Shown piece after piece: positions 16,935-26,648 of a stretch of DNA of 40,051 bases. A program made the position numbers and the translations under genes. Origin of the DNA: Candidatus Woesearchaeota archaeon. GTDB lineage: Archaea; Nanobdellota; Nanobdellia; Pacearchaeales; GW2011-AR1. Under the pieces are notes generated by a model that was not told where the DNA came from, made no database searches, and saw only the letters and a list, made by a program, of their open reading frames with translations. The stretch covers positions 1 through 40,051 of the forward strand of contig CAYQLQ010000001.1 of the NCBI GenBank assembly GCA_964418495.1. The letters are read 5' to 3'. The stretch's first letter is position 1, and every line of letters begins with the position of its first letter.

Positions 16935-18911
16935 ATGAAATTGAAAATATTGTTTTTGGTGGGGGTTCTTTTTATTGGGATGTTAGGAATGGGGAGTGCT
17001 GTGACAAATTTAGTTGTATGTGATAATCTAAACTCTGATGGAGAGTATTATGTTTTGTTAGGAGATGTCAGTGAATCTAATGATTGTTTTAATATTTCTG
17101 CAAGTAATATTGTTCTTGATGGTGCGGGTTATAGTATAAGTACTTCTGGCTCTAGGGCAATATATAGCACAAATGTGAATAATATCACGATAAAGAATGT
17201 GACTCTTACGGGAAACAGCTTGGGGATTGATTTCAACGGGGTTAATGATTCTCTAATTAAGAATGTTTCTGTCAAATCTAATAGTAATGGGGTTAAAATT
17301 TATGGTTCTTTTAATTTGAGTATAGAAAATGCGAGCATTGTTTCAAATGTTGTTGATGGGCTTATTATTTTTGGTTCTAATCAAACAAATCTTAATAATT
17401 TGAATCTTTCTAGTAATCGTGTTGGGTTGAATCTTTCTCTTAGTTCGAATACTGTCGCAAATAATCTTTTTGCAGATTATGTGGGTGTGGGTATCTATTT
17501 TGAAAATAGTTCAGATAATCATTTTTCTGGATTAGATATAAATCATGATAATGTGGGGAACAGCTTAAGTGGCGTTTTTTATGGTATTTTTTTATTAGAT
17601 AGCCAAAATAATTTCTTAAAGAATATAACCATTACAGATATATCTCAATCTTCAGCATATATTAAATCTTCAGATAATGTGGAGATATCCAATTTTTCAA
17701 CAGTAGGACCCTGCGATTTGTTTTATACACAGTCGTCTAATAATCAATCTTACAATAACTTTAATATGGTAAGTTCAACGGGGTCATGTGATGCTCTTTT
17801 TTTGGTTTCTGTAAGTAACAGTACTTTTAGAGATATCCAAGCAAGCAATGTTTCGGAAGGGGATGGGGTTTATCTCAGTTCTGCAAGTGAGAATAATCTT
17901 TTTGTGAATGTTACTTCTTATAATAATTTTTGGGGAATTCAGGTACTTGTTACGGCACAAAATAATACTATTATAAATAGTAGTTTAAATGATAACAATA
18001 TCAGTCTTTATCTCAAGGGTCTTGGAATAAATGAAACACACATAATCGACACATATATCGATACTTATAATTTTTCTCAGGCAAATGGAATAGATTTTTT
18101 GGTTACTGGTAAAGGGAAAATATCTTTTCTTAATCCAATAATCGCAAACGGTTCTAATTTAAGTAGGGATGTTTTTATAGATACCAATTTTGTTTCAGTT
18201 AATTCTTCTGTTTTGGGATTGAACAGCAGTGCGAATATAACTTTATATGGCTTATCAACTAGTACTAATAAGCCGTCAATTCTAAGAGATGGTGTTGCTT
18301 GTAGTGGTCTAGTCTGCAATAATTTTACCTCTTTAAACGCAGGTACGGTAATCTTTAATGTTGCTTCTTGGACTAATTATAGTGTGGGGCCAGATCCTGC
18401 ATTTTGGCAGGGAACCTGCGGGCAGACGATAACTACAGATACAACTTTGACACAGGATATAACTGGATGTACTGGTAACGGGATTGTTATAGGGGCGAAT
18501 GGAATCCTCCTGGATTTTAACGGTTACAATCTTACGGGAGATAATGGGACGACAGATTATGGGGTTTTTATTGTAGGATACAATGAAACGACAATTGTAA
18601 ATGGAAGGGTTTATAATTTTGGTAGGGGAATTTTCTTTAATGGAAGCGAGACAAATGTCTTAAATAATTCTATTTCTTCTAATAATTATGGAATTTCTTT
18701 TTTTACAAGTCTATACAATTTCATTAACCATGCTCTTGAATCTTTAACTCTTACCTTAGAAGGGAATGATACTACTGAAGTTATTGTAACAATGAACGAT
18801 TCTTCTAAAATCTATGTTGTTGAGTTTGACAGTGTCGCGTGCCCGTCGGCAAATTGTGTTATTAATTCTCAGTCGAATGGAGTTTTGAATTTGAGTTTGA
18901 CTTTGGATTAA
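16935..18911 (+). CDS. Secreted right-handed parallel beta-helix (PbH1/NosD-like) repeat protein, sequon-dense
   Basis: It has a signal peptide. Repeated ~22-aa units occur (NITIKNVTLTGNSLGIDFNGVNDSLIKNVSVKSNSNGVKIYGS...). I counted about 35-40 N-x-S/T sequons by eye. Confidence 0.65.
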   Translation: MKLKILFLVGVLFIGMLGMGSAVTNLVVCDNLNSDGEYYVLLGDVSESNDCFNISASNIVLDGAGYSISTSGSRAIYSTNVNNITIKNVTLTGNSLGIDFNGVNDSLIKNVSVKSNSNGVKIYGSFNLSIENASIVSNVVDGLIIFGSNQTNLNNLNLSSNRVGLNLSLSSNTVANNLFADYVGVGIYFENSSDNHFSGLDINHDNVGNSLSGVFYGIFLLDSQNNFLKNITITDISQSSAYIKSSDNVEISNFSTVGPCDLFYTQSSNNQSYNNFNMVSSTGSCDALFLVSVSNSTFRDIQASNVSEGDGVYLSSASENNLFVNVTSYNNFWGIQVLVTAQNNTIINSSLNDNNISLYLKGLGINETHIIDTYIDTYNFSQANGIDFLVTGKGKISFLNPIIANGSNLSRDVFIDTNFVSVNSSVLGLNSSANITLYGLSTSTNKPSILRDGVACSGLVCNNFTSLNAGTVIFNVASWTNYSVGPDPAFWQGTCGQTITTDTTLTQDITGCTGNGIVIGANGILLDFNGYNLTGDNGTTDYGVFIVGYNETTIVNGRVYNFGRGIFFNGSETNVLNNSISSNNYGISFFTSLYNFINHALESLTLTLEGNDTTEVIVTMNDSSKIYVVEFDSVACPSANCVINSQSNGVLNLSLTLD

Positions 18912-19498
18912 TCTAGAATTAGAGGTTCTTTTGCTTTTCTGTCTCGGACTTTTTCAAGTGCTTTTTTTATTCTTTCAATATCTGTGCCGTCGTACCTGAT
19001 TACTTGGGGATGAGAGTAGTCCTTATTGTGTGGATGTGCCGGCATTATTACAAGTCCGCGCGAACGGTGGGAAAGCCAGCTGTCGACGTAATCAGGGAAA
19101 TCATCGACGAGGATTTTTCCGTAAACAAGACTTTTATCTCGTGTTATTGTTATGTCGATATCGCCTAAATTTTTTCTTATCCATTTTACTTTTCCAGACC
19201 AAGCGGCTGGATTTTTCCTTGGGCCTTGTGTTAGTATTACAATCTTATATCCGAGTTTCTGTGCGATTGTAAGAATGTCCCATCCGAGTTTGAAACGCGG
19301 AAGAGTTTCCCACCATTCTTCGGAATTTCGTATAATATCCATTCTTTTCCGAATATGCTCTGGAACTTCCCTCAAATTTTCAGGGAGAGGTTTTTCATCC
19401 GGACTTTTTAATTCTTCTAAATTTTTCTTTAACGCAGAATCATAATCACAGAGTGTTCCGTCCATGTCGAAAAGTATGAGATTCTCTGTTCTTTCCAT
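18908..19498 (-). CDS. HAD-superfamily hydrolase, 5'(3')-deoxyribonucleotidase-like
   Basis: It carries the FDMDGTLCDY motif I, VILTQGP and ILVDDFP. Its size and pattern resemble NT5C-type nucleotidases. Confidence 0.6.
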   Translation of the reverse strand: MERTENLILFDMDGTLCDYDSALKKNLEELKSPDEKPLPENLREVPEHIRKRMDIIRNSEEWWETLPRFKLGWDILTIAQKLGYKIVILTQGPRKNPAAWSGKVKWIRKNLGDIDITITRDKSLVYGKILVDDFPDYVDSWLSHRSRGLVIMPAHPHNKDYSHPQVIRYDGTDIERIKKALEKVRDRKAKEPLILD

Positions 19499-19537
19499 AT
19501 CTCTTAGAAAGGAAGATTTCTTTTAAATATTTATATT

Positions 19538-19996
19538 CTAACAAGCATAGATTTTTTTGGTCTCCATTACGCAGTTTTCGAGTTTGAGTGTGATTTCTTT
19601 TGGTTCGGAAGTTTCAAGGAAATATGTTTTCACGCCGCTTTCGAGAATGTCGCAGTTAGCGCAGCCTTTTCCGCAGCACCATTCTTCGGTTTCTTCTGCG
19701 TTTTCGACGACAAAAGCCATTTCATCAATCTGGAAATTTTGTGAAAGGCGTTTTAATTTTATCTCGAGTTTTTGCGTTTCTGAATTGTAGCAGGTTTTTT
19801 CTATTGATATTTCTTGAGAGATTCCTTTGCTCATTTCAAAACAGGAGATTTCTGGCGAGGCAAGGACTTGGTTGCTCAGACTTTTGAAAGTTATCCAAAC
19901 TGTCGAGACTGTCGCGATTCCGAGGAGAATTAACAGGAATGTTCCGACGACAGCAGAAAGGGCTTTTTTATTTTTGGAGATTAATTTTGTTTTCAT
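19538..19996 (-). CDS. Small Cys-rich protein with an archaeal class III (type IV pilin-like) signal peptide
   Basis: MKTKLISKNKKA|LSAVVGTFLLILLGIATVSTVW resembles prepilin/DUF1628-type N-termini. The mature part has 8 Cys. An alternative ATG at 20032 would overlap the upstream gene by 35 nt. Confidence 0.5.
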   Translation of the reverse strand: MKTKLISKNKKALSAVVGTFLLILLGIATVSTVWITFKSLSNQVLASPEISCFEMSKGISQEISIEKTCYNSETQKLEIKLKRLSQNFQIDEMAFVVENAEETEEWCCGKGCANCDILESGVKTYFLETSEPKEITLKLENCVMETKKIYAC

Positions 19997-19997
19997 T

Positions 19998-21089
19998 TTA
20001 TTTTTTGCACGGACTTGCTCCGAGGTTTTCAAGATTTACTTCTGCGAGGGTTTGGGAGTCTAAAATTATTTTCAAAGTTTTTGCGTTTTCAATTATTGGA
20101 ATTTTAAGAAGGAAGTTTCTTTCGGATGCGAGAACCGAGCCGTCGATTTGTTCTTCGCCTTCAGCGTCGGTGAAAATTAATTCTGGGTTGAATTCTCCTG
20201 CGAGGTCAGAGTTGTCTGATAGAATTATTGAATAGTCGAAGTTTCCTGTTCCAGAATTTCCTACACATCCTCGAGCAAGCGAAGTTTCTTTTATAATTAC
20301 TTTTCCGTCTTGGTAGATTCCTTCAACAAGGGCGTACTTTTGCGACGAGCATTCTGTAGGATTACTGACGACGTTTCCTGTTATTGACGAGGAGGACGGA
20401 ATATTTTTTAGAATGATTTCTTCGTTGAAAGTTCCGTAGTTTTTTGAAGAAAGTGTTCGCATTACGCCGGTGTTTATTGAGCGATAGTAATTTTCTTTTG
20501 AACATCCGACTTCACAAGAATCTTCTTTGCCGTCGAAGTTTTCGCATTTTTTTACACAGTTTTCAGATTTTCTTGGGAGTGTCGCAGGCACGTACTCGTC
20601 GGCAAGGTTTGCAAACACGTGTCCGAATTCGTGGACCAGAACTTCTTTCGGGGAATTAGTGTTTATGCTCACGACATTCATGTATGCCGAGCTTCGGATG
20701 TTAGAGGGTTTTGTTTCTGGAACGATGATGAAATCATTTGGGCATGACGCGGATTTTTTTATTAGTTCTTTTGAATAGCAGAGTATGGCGATGTTTTTGT
20801 ATAGTTCGCATTTTGGGGCGTAATCGTCGATGTAAAATATGTTGAACGCATTTTTGTTTTCTGAAAATGGTTCGGTGTTCAGAAGAAATTCTGAATATTC
20901 TTTTGCGGTTTCCTCGTCGGAGAAAAATACTAAGTTGATTTTTCCGTCGCCCTTATAGGAAATCGTTTTGCAGTTTTCTAAAATTTCAGGGCTTAGGTTT
21001 TCTTTTTTATTTATCGCGAGAACGACGAGCGACGAGACTATTACTAGAAGACAGACTATTGAAATTATTCCGAGGGTTTTGTTTTCCAT
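19998..21089 (-). CDS. Membrane-anchored M64-like zinc metallopeptidase
   Basis: It has an N-terminal TM. INLVFFSDEE...FNIFYID and HEFGHVFANLADEY match the M64 (IgA-peptidase-like) signature as I recall it. Confidence 0.65.
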   Translation of the reverse strand: MENKTLGIISIVCLLVIVSSLVVLAINKKENLSPEILENCKTISYKGDGKINLVFFSDEETAKEYSEFLLNTEPFSENKNAFNIFYIDDYAPKCELYKNIAILCYSKELIKKSASCPNDFIIVPETKPSNIRSSAYMNVVSINTNSPKEVLVHEFGHVFANLADEYVPATLPRKSENCVKKCENFDGKEDSCEVGCSKENYYRSINTGVMRTLSSKNYGTFNEEIILKNIPSSSSITGNVVSNPTECSSQKYALVEGIYQDGKVIIKETSLARGCVGNSGTGNFDYSIILSDNSDLAGEFNPELIFTDAEGEEQIDGSVLASERNFLLKIPIIENAKTLKIILDSQTLAEVNLENLGASPCKK

Positions 21090-21119
21090 AAAGAATAGAG
21101 TAGAGGGAGATTTAAATAA

Positions 21120-21620
21120 TTATTCGTTGAAGCAAATTATGTCGTGGACGGTTTTGTAGGAGTGGAGTTCTTTGTCGTCGAACCAGAGAGGGATTTCTCT
21201 TTTCGCGTCGTCGGAATTTGCAGATGCGTGGATTAAATTTTTTACAGAGAGTTTGTTGTTGTTTGCGAAACTTTTTGAAATGTGCGCGAAGTCTCCGCGG
21301 ATTGTTCCGCTTGGGGATTCGTTTGGATATGTCGAGCCGACAATTTTTCTTGCGACATTTATTCCGTCGACACCCTCGAGAACTATTGCGATTACTGGTC
21401 CTGAACGAACGTAATCAATTAAATCTTGACGAACTCTTTCCCCATGTTTTTTTGAGATTGATTCGTCGTAATGTTTTTTTGCGAATTCTTCGTCGAGCCA
21501 TTTCATTTTCATACCGACAATTTTCAATCCGGCATCTTCGAAACGCATTATGATTTTACCGACGAGGTTTCGGATTATCCCGTCGGGTTTTATTAAAATA
21601 AGTGTTTTTTCTTTTGTCAT
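21120..21620 (-). CDS. ndk: Nucleoside diphosphate kinase
   Basis: The motifs are TLILIKPDG...GTIRGDFA...NLIHASAN (catalytic His). Confidence 0.9.
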   Translation of the reverse strand: MTKEKTLILIKPDGIIRNLVGKIIMRFEDAGLKIVGMKMKWLDEEFAKKHYDESISKKHGERVRQDLIDYVRSGPVIAIVLEGVDGINVARKIVGSTYPNESPSGTIRGDFAHISKSFANNNKLSVKNLIHASANSDDAKREIPLWFDDKELHSYKTVHDIICFNE

Positions 21621-21641
21621 TGGAATTTTTTGTTGGGGGAG

Positions 21642-21649
21642 TTTATAAG
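21642..21649 (-). promoter_or_regulatory. TATA-like box (CTTATAAA on the minus strand)
   Basis: It lies 22 nt upstream of the ndk ATG at 21620. Confidence 0.55.
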
Positions 21650-21708
21650 TTTATTGATTGTTGTGAAGAAAAGATTTATAAATGGTATTCACTGCATTAA
21701 TTTAGAAG

Positions 21709-23184
21709 ATGAAAAAGAGGTTGGTGATTTTTACATTAATTTTATTATTAGGAATTATGCCGTTTTTGTCTGCAACGGTATAAGTTCGTTCTCCGGCGAA
21801 TAGTTCTTTTAATAGAGCAAGCACTTTTTTTAATGTTAGTTTTGTAAATGTCACGGATTTGAAAGACCCAGTGAATGCAACGTTTTATTATAATCTCAGC
21901 GGAACGTGGACTAAGATTGGGAATACTTCTTATACAGACGGGTGTTATATTGATATCGGGGGAATTTATGGACATTGTAATGTTACTCTTGACACGTCGG
22001 GTTTAATTGATGGGAACTATAGCATTAATGCGACAATAAGCAACGGGACAGATACCCTCAACGCAACGATTCTGACTTACTGGGTTATTTTTGATAACAC
22101 TGCGCCAGTGGTTGAGGCGGCGAATATAACTGCCCCTACAAGTTCAAGTTCTTATGCTGGAACAATTCTCCTGAATGCAACTGTTACTGACGCAACTTCC
22201 AAGGTCGCAAGTGTTTTCTTTAATATAACTAATTCTTCTGGAGGTCAAAGTGCTGTGGCAACTGCGGCAAATACTGCAGGAACAAATTATTGGAATACAA
22301 CTTATGCGACAACAGGTTTATCAGATGGTGTTTATAATGTGACTGTTTGGGCGACAGATAATTCTGGAAATATTAATAATACCGCTTTGGTTCATACGCT
22401 TACTGTTGATAATACTGCTCCAGGGATTACTATCACCAAATCAAGTTCCACCCAAACTTCCTTGACGCTCTCTGTGGCGATTACAGATACCCTTTCTGGA
22501 ATTAATACTTCTTGTGGTGTTGATAGGGAAGGTGCGACAGTTACTGGCACTGGTGCTACTCAGACAATTACAGAGTCTTCTTTAGCGTGTGGGAACTCTT
22601 ACACTTATGTTGTTACTTGCGCGGATAATTTAGGGAATTCTTTAACTGTGACAAGTGCTTTGATGCAAGCTACTATTTGCTCGGGAGGTCTTCCAGCAAA
22701 TACTGGGGGGACATCTACTCCAACTTGGACTACAACCTATGTTGCTTCAAATGAAGAATTGGAAACTGGTTATAGAAAGGAGATGTCTTCTAAAACAAGA
22801 GTGAAGGTTAGAGTCGGAGGACAAGACCACCATGTTGGAATTACTGAGATAACTGCTACAGAAGCAACAATTAGAATTGAGAGTGATCCAATTATTGTTA
22901 AGCTTTCTATTGGAGGAGAAACTAAGGCAGATGTTGATGACGATGGTATCTATGATGTTTATGTGAAACTTGAGAGTATTTCTAATAATAAGGCAGAAGT
23001 TACAATAAGAAAAATTTCAGAAGAAATTCCTGAAGGGGGGGAATCTACTTCTGTGGAAGGAGGAGAGATTGTTACAGAGGGCGAAGAGGAAGAGGGAAGT
23101 ATGCCTGTTTGGATTTGGGCGATTATTATTGTTGTGGTTGTGGCTGCTTTAGGTGTTGGAATTAATAAAGCAAGACAGAAGTAA
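21709..23184 (+). pseudogene. Surface protein (signal peptide, Ig-like modules, pre-anchor module, TM) interrupted by one in-frame TAA at 21781..21783
   Basis: ATG 21709 encodes MKKRLVIFTLILLLGIMPFLSATV, then TAA. The same frame continues VRSPANSSFNRASTFFNVSFVNVTDLKDPVNAT... into the track ORF, whose 'M' at 21859 is a TTG. Confidence 0.6.
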
Positions 23185-23226
23185 ATGATTAGAAAAGTAT
23201 TTAATTAGTTCTTTTTATTGAGTTAT

Positions 23227-24441
23227 ATGGATTCAACCTGGATGATTGGAGATTTGCATATTCATTCGCGGTTTTCTCGCGCGTGTAGTAAGAATATTAA
23301 TTTTCCGAATCTTGTGAAATGGGCGAAGGTGAAAGGATTGCATCTTTTGGGAACGTCGGATTTTACGCATCCGCAATGGTTGGAAGAAATTAAAATAAAT
23401 CTTGTTGAGAAGAACGGGTTGTTTTATTATGAGGATTTTCCTTTTGTTTTGTCTGGGGAAATTTCGTTGATGTATACTCAAGGACGTGGAAGGAGAGTTC
23501 ATCTGGTTCTTCTTGCACCGTCGCTGGAAGTTGTGGATAAGATTAATTCTTATTTTGATACAAAGGGTCGGAGAGATTATGATGGGCGCCCGATTTTTAA
23601 GATTCCGTGCGACGAGTTTGTTCGTGAGATGAAAAATATTTCAGAGGAGATTGAAGTTATTCCTGCGCATATCTGGACGCCGTGGTTTGGGATGTTGGGA
23701 AGCAAATCTGGTTTTGATTCTTTGAAAGAATGTTTTGGGGATGAGACGAAAAATATTTTTGCTATAGAAACTGGAATGTCGTCGGACCCTGAAATGAATT
23801 GGAAAATGTCTGAACTTAATGATAAGGCGATTGTGAGTTTTTCTGATTCGCATTCGTTCTGGCCGTGGAGGATAGGGCGAGAGGCGACGATTTTTAAGAA
23901 GGCGGATTCTTACTCTGAGTTAATTCGACAGATAAGAGAAAATGATTTCATCGGGACAATTGAAACTGACCCTGCGTATGGAAAGTATCACTGGGATGGG
24001 CATCGGAATTGTGGGATTTCTTTTGAGCCGGCGAAGACGCGGGAGATTGGAGGGGTTTGTCCTAAGTGCGGAAATGCTTTGACTATTGGGGTGGAAAATC
24101 GCGTAGATGAACTTGCTACGCAAAAGCCGGAAGATGCGCAAGGAAGAAAAAATTTTCACAAACTTCTTCCGTTAACAGAGATTATTTCTGCGGTGTGCGG
24201 AAGCGGACTTGCTACCAAGAAAACTTGGGCGATTTATAATTCTTTTATTGAGAAATTTGAAAATGAATTTGAAGTTTTATTGTTTGTTCCATTTGAAAAG
24301 TTAATGAAAGAATTTCCAGACGACGATAAAATGATTAATGCGATAATGAAAAACCGCGAGGGAAAAATAAAAGTAAAGCCGGGTTACGACGGAGTTTATG
24401 GGGAAGCGGTTATTGGGGATTCGCAGAAACTTTTGGTTTGA
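23227..24441 (+). CDS. Endonuclease Q-like PHP-domain nuclease
   Basis: GDLHIHSRFSRACS...GLHLLGTSDFTHPQWL and the CPKCG Zn knuckle resemble Pyrococcus EndoQ as I recall it. I chose the ATG at 23227; the track uses TTG at 23218. Confidence 0.7.
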   Translation: MDSTWMIGDLHIHSRFSRACSKNINFPNLVKWAKVKGLHLLGTSDFTHPQWLEEIKINLVEKNGLFYYEDFPFVLSGEISLMYTQGRGRRVHLVLLAPSLEVVDKINSYFDTKGRRDYDGRPIFKIPCDEFVREMKNISEEIEVIPAHIWTPWFGMLGSKSGFDSLKECFGDETKNIFAIETGMSSDPEMNWKMSELNDKAIVSFSDSHSFWPWRIGREATIFKKADSYSELIRQIRENDFIGTIETDPAYGKYHWDGHRNCGISFEPAKTREIGGVCPKCGNALTIGVENRVDELATQKPEDAQGRKNFHKLLPLTEIISAVCGSGLATKKTWAIYNSFIEKFENEFEVLLFVPFEKLMKEFPDDDKMINAIMKNREGKIKVKPGYDGVYGEAVIGDSQKLLV

Positions 24442-24541
24442 TAAATTTGTAGTGCGCTGAAGATGTAGGGTAACTGCATTTTGGGCATTTTTCTTCGAGA
24501 GTATATGTTCTGCATTTTGAACATTTTTTTAAAAGAGTCAT
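24410..24541 (-). CDS. nop10: H/ACA RNP protein Nop10 (43 aa, below the ORF-track cutoff)
   Basis: My hand translation is MTLLKKCSKCRTYTLEEKCPKCSYPTSSAHYKFIKPKVSANPQ*. The Zn-ribbon CxxC-x(9)-CxxC with YTL is the Nop10 hallmark. Its ATG overlaps the aIF2-alpha stop (ATGA), and aIF2alpha-nop10 linkage is common in archaea. Confidence 0.7.
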   Translation of the reverse strand: MTLLKKCSKCRTYTLEEKCPKCSYPTSSAHYKFIKPKVSANPQ

Positions 24542-25245
24542 TTTTCATTTATTTGAAAATTCATTTTACGGTTTTCTGCTTGCTCGCTGATTTCTTTAAG
24601 CACGGATTTTATTTTGTTGTCTGCGGTTTTAATATTCTCGGATTCTGCTTTGATAAGATACTTCCCTGCAGAGATGTATTTGATTTCCGCGTCTTTTATT
24701 TTTCCCAGCAATTCTTTTATTTGTTTTATCCCTTCGGGATTTGTCGTTGAAAGAGAGAATTCTTTTTTGAGTTCAAAGATTCTTGTTTTTTGTTCTTTTA
24801 GAATTTTGAGAATCTTGTCTGCTTCGGTTTTACCGACGAGCTTTTCAAATATTTTTGAGTCTTCTCTGGCATCCTGAAAAAATTCGTAAAGCGAAGAAGT
24901 TTCGAGAATTTTTTCTATCACTTTTCCAGCCTTGTCGCGGAGAAGACCCTGAAGAATGTTTTTGTAGCTTTTTTCTTCGTTGTGCCTTTCTTTAACTTCT
25001 TTTTCTTCTTTTTGACTTACTCTTCTTAGGGAAAGATGAATGTTATCTGAAGAATCCATCCGGAGGATTTTGCAGACGATTTGTTTTTTTGGAACGACGT
25101 AATCACGAATGTTTCGGATTCTTCCAGGGGCGATTTCGCTAAGAATTATTGTCCCGTCTCCGCCACCGTCTATCTTTACAAATACCATTGTTTTTTCTAT
25201 TTTATCAACGGTGCAGAGCACTATGTCGCCTTCTTCATATGTCAT
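24538..25245 (-). CDS. Translation initiation factor aIF2 alpha subunit
   Basis: It has an N-terminal S1 fold (EGDIVLCTVDKIEKTMVFVKI...SEIAPGRIRNIRDYV...IHLSLRRV), a helical middle and an alpha-beta C-domain. Confidence 0.7.
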   Translation of the reverse strand: MTYEEGDIVLCTVDKIEKTMVFVKIDGGGDGTIILSEIAPGRIRNIRDYVVPKKQIVCKILRMDSSDNIHLSLRRVSQKEEKEVKERHNEEKSYKNILQGLLRDKAGKVIEKILETSSLYEFFQDAREDSKIFEKLVGKTEADKILKILKEQKTRIFELKKEFSLSTTNPEGIKQIKELLGKIKDAEIKYISAGKYLIKAESENIKTADNKIKSVLKEISEQAENRKMNFQINEK

Positions 25246-25269
25246 AAATTATTTAGAAATGACGGGGTT

Positions 25270-26607
25270 TTAAATCTTTACTTCTTCTACCTCGAGATGT
25301 TTTTTTAAAAGTTCTATGAATTGTTTTTCGTTTTCTTTTAGTATGAGGCAACCTGCGGCGAGTTCGTGTCCGCCGACTTCTCCTTCGAGAGTTTGCATTA
25401 TTCTGCCGAGGGTTTCCCGGAGGTTTCTGCCGCTGCGCCCGGCGTTTCTCGCGGATATTTTTATTTTGTCGTCGGAGTGCGCCATTGTCACGATGACTGT
25501 TCCTTTTTCGTAGATTGATGAACTGGAGATTATGCTTGCGATTGTTCCTACAATTGTGTCTTTGATTTGGTCTTTCGCGTTGATTATTACAAATCCTGCG
25601 CCTTGGATTTTTTCTGTTTCTTCGGCGAATCTTAATCCGGAGATTAGGTGCTGTTTGTATTTTACGTGAATTGATTCTGCGCGTTTTCTTGCGGACGGAA
25701 GTTCCATACAGAATTGAATTGCGGTCGGACTTTCGCCGAGGCGCGAGCAGGCGTTTATCATGGCGCTTAGCTCTCTTGCGTCTTCAAGTTTGTTGAAAAA
25801 TTTCAGAAGGTAAATGTTTCCAAGAATTTCTTCGTGGCTTGCCTTGGGTTTTCTGAGAAGAATTGCAGTCACGAGTTTTTCCATTTCTTCTTTGTTGAGA
25901 TTTATTATACTTGGATATTTTCCGTTGACAGGGTTGAGTCCGGTTTCGCGGAGAAGTTCGAGAACGCCTTTGACGTTGCCGGTTACTTCGGGGATGTAAG
26001 GATTTGAGGAATATTCGAGGGTGCGATTTAACGGGCGCGTCGAGGGATAAATCAGAAGGCCTTTTTTTATTTGGATTTCGCCGTCTTCGAGAATGCCGTT
26101 GTTGAGTTTGCTTATTTCAGCGTCGAGGCGGTCGCCAATCATTCCGAGGATTGCGAGTTTTGCGAGTGCTTTGTTTTTTGGGTCAATTGCTTTACAAAAT
26201 AGATAGGTAAGTCCTGAGGCGCTTATTTTTTGCTTCTCGAGAAGTTCTGGATTTAGGAGATTAATTCCCGGAGGGACTTTGTTGGGAATCTCGTGATGGT
26301 CTATTACAAAAATATCTTTTCGATTTAGTTTTTCCAAATCTGCGAGATTTCCTGAAGCAAGGTCGAGAAAAAGTAGCACTTTGTCGTCTGGAAGTTTTTC
26401 GATTAAACTTTTTTCCAGATTTTTTACAATTTGCACTGAGAATTTTTTGTCGAGGGCTTTGAGGGTTTTTATCATAATTGTCGCGGAGGTTATTCCGTCT
26501 GTGTCGTGGTGGCTGATGATTAGAACTTCTTTGTTTTCTGTTTCTTCTAGAAATTTTGGGACGATTCTTTGGATTTCTTTTTCAAGTGTTTTTCCCTCTT
26601 TTTGCAT
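25270..26607 (-). CDS. DHH/DHHA1 phosphoesterase, RecJ/GAN (Cdc45-like) family
   Basis: The motifs are ISHHDTDGITSA, VIDHHE and the DHHA1 GGHELAAG. Confidence 0.75.
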   Translation of the reverse strand: MQKEGKTLEKEIQRIVPKFLEETENKEVLIISHHDTDGITSATIMIKTLKALDKKFSVQIVKNLEKSLIEKLPDDKVLLFLDLASGNLADLEKLNRKDIFVIDHHEIPNKVPPGINLLNPELLEKQKISASGLTYLFCKAIDPKNKALAKLAILGMIGDRLDAEISKLNNGILEDGEIQIKKGLLIYPSTRPLNRTLEYSSNPYIPEVTGNVKGVLELLRETGLNPVNGKYPSIINLNKEEMEKLVTAILLRKPKASHEEILGNIYLLKFFNKLEDARELSAMINACSRLGESPTAIQFCMELPSARKRAESIHVKYKQHLISGLRFAEETEKIQGAGFVIINAKDQIKDTIVGTIASIISSSSIYEKGTVIVTMAHSDDKIKISARNAGRSGRNLRETLGRIMQTLEGEVGGHELAAGCLILKENEKQFIELLKKHLEVEEVKI

Positions 26608-26648
26608 TTAAGTTTTACCAGAATGTGTTTAATAAAGTTTTATGTGCT

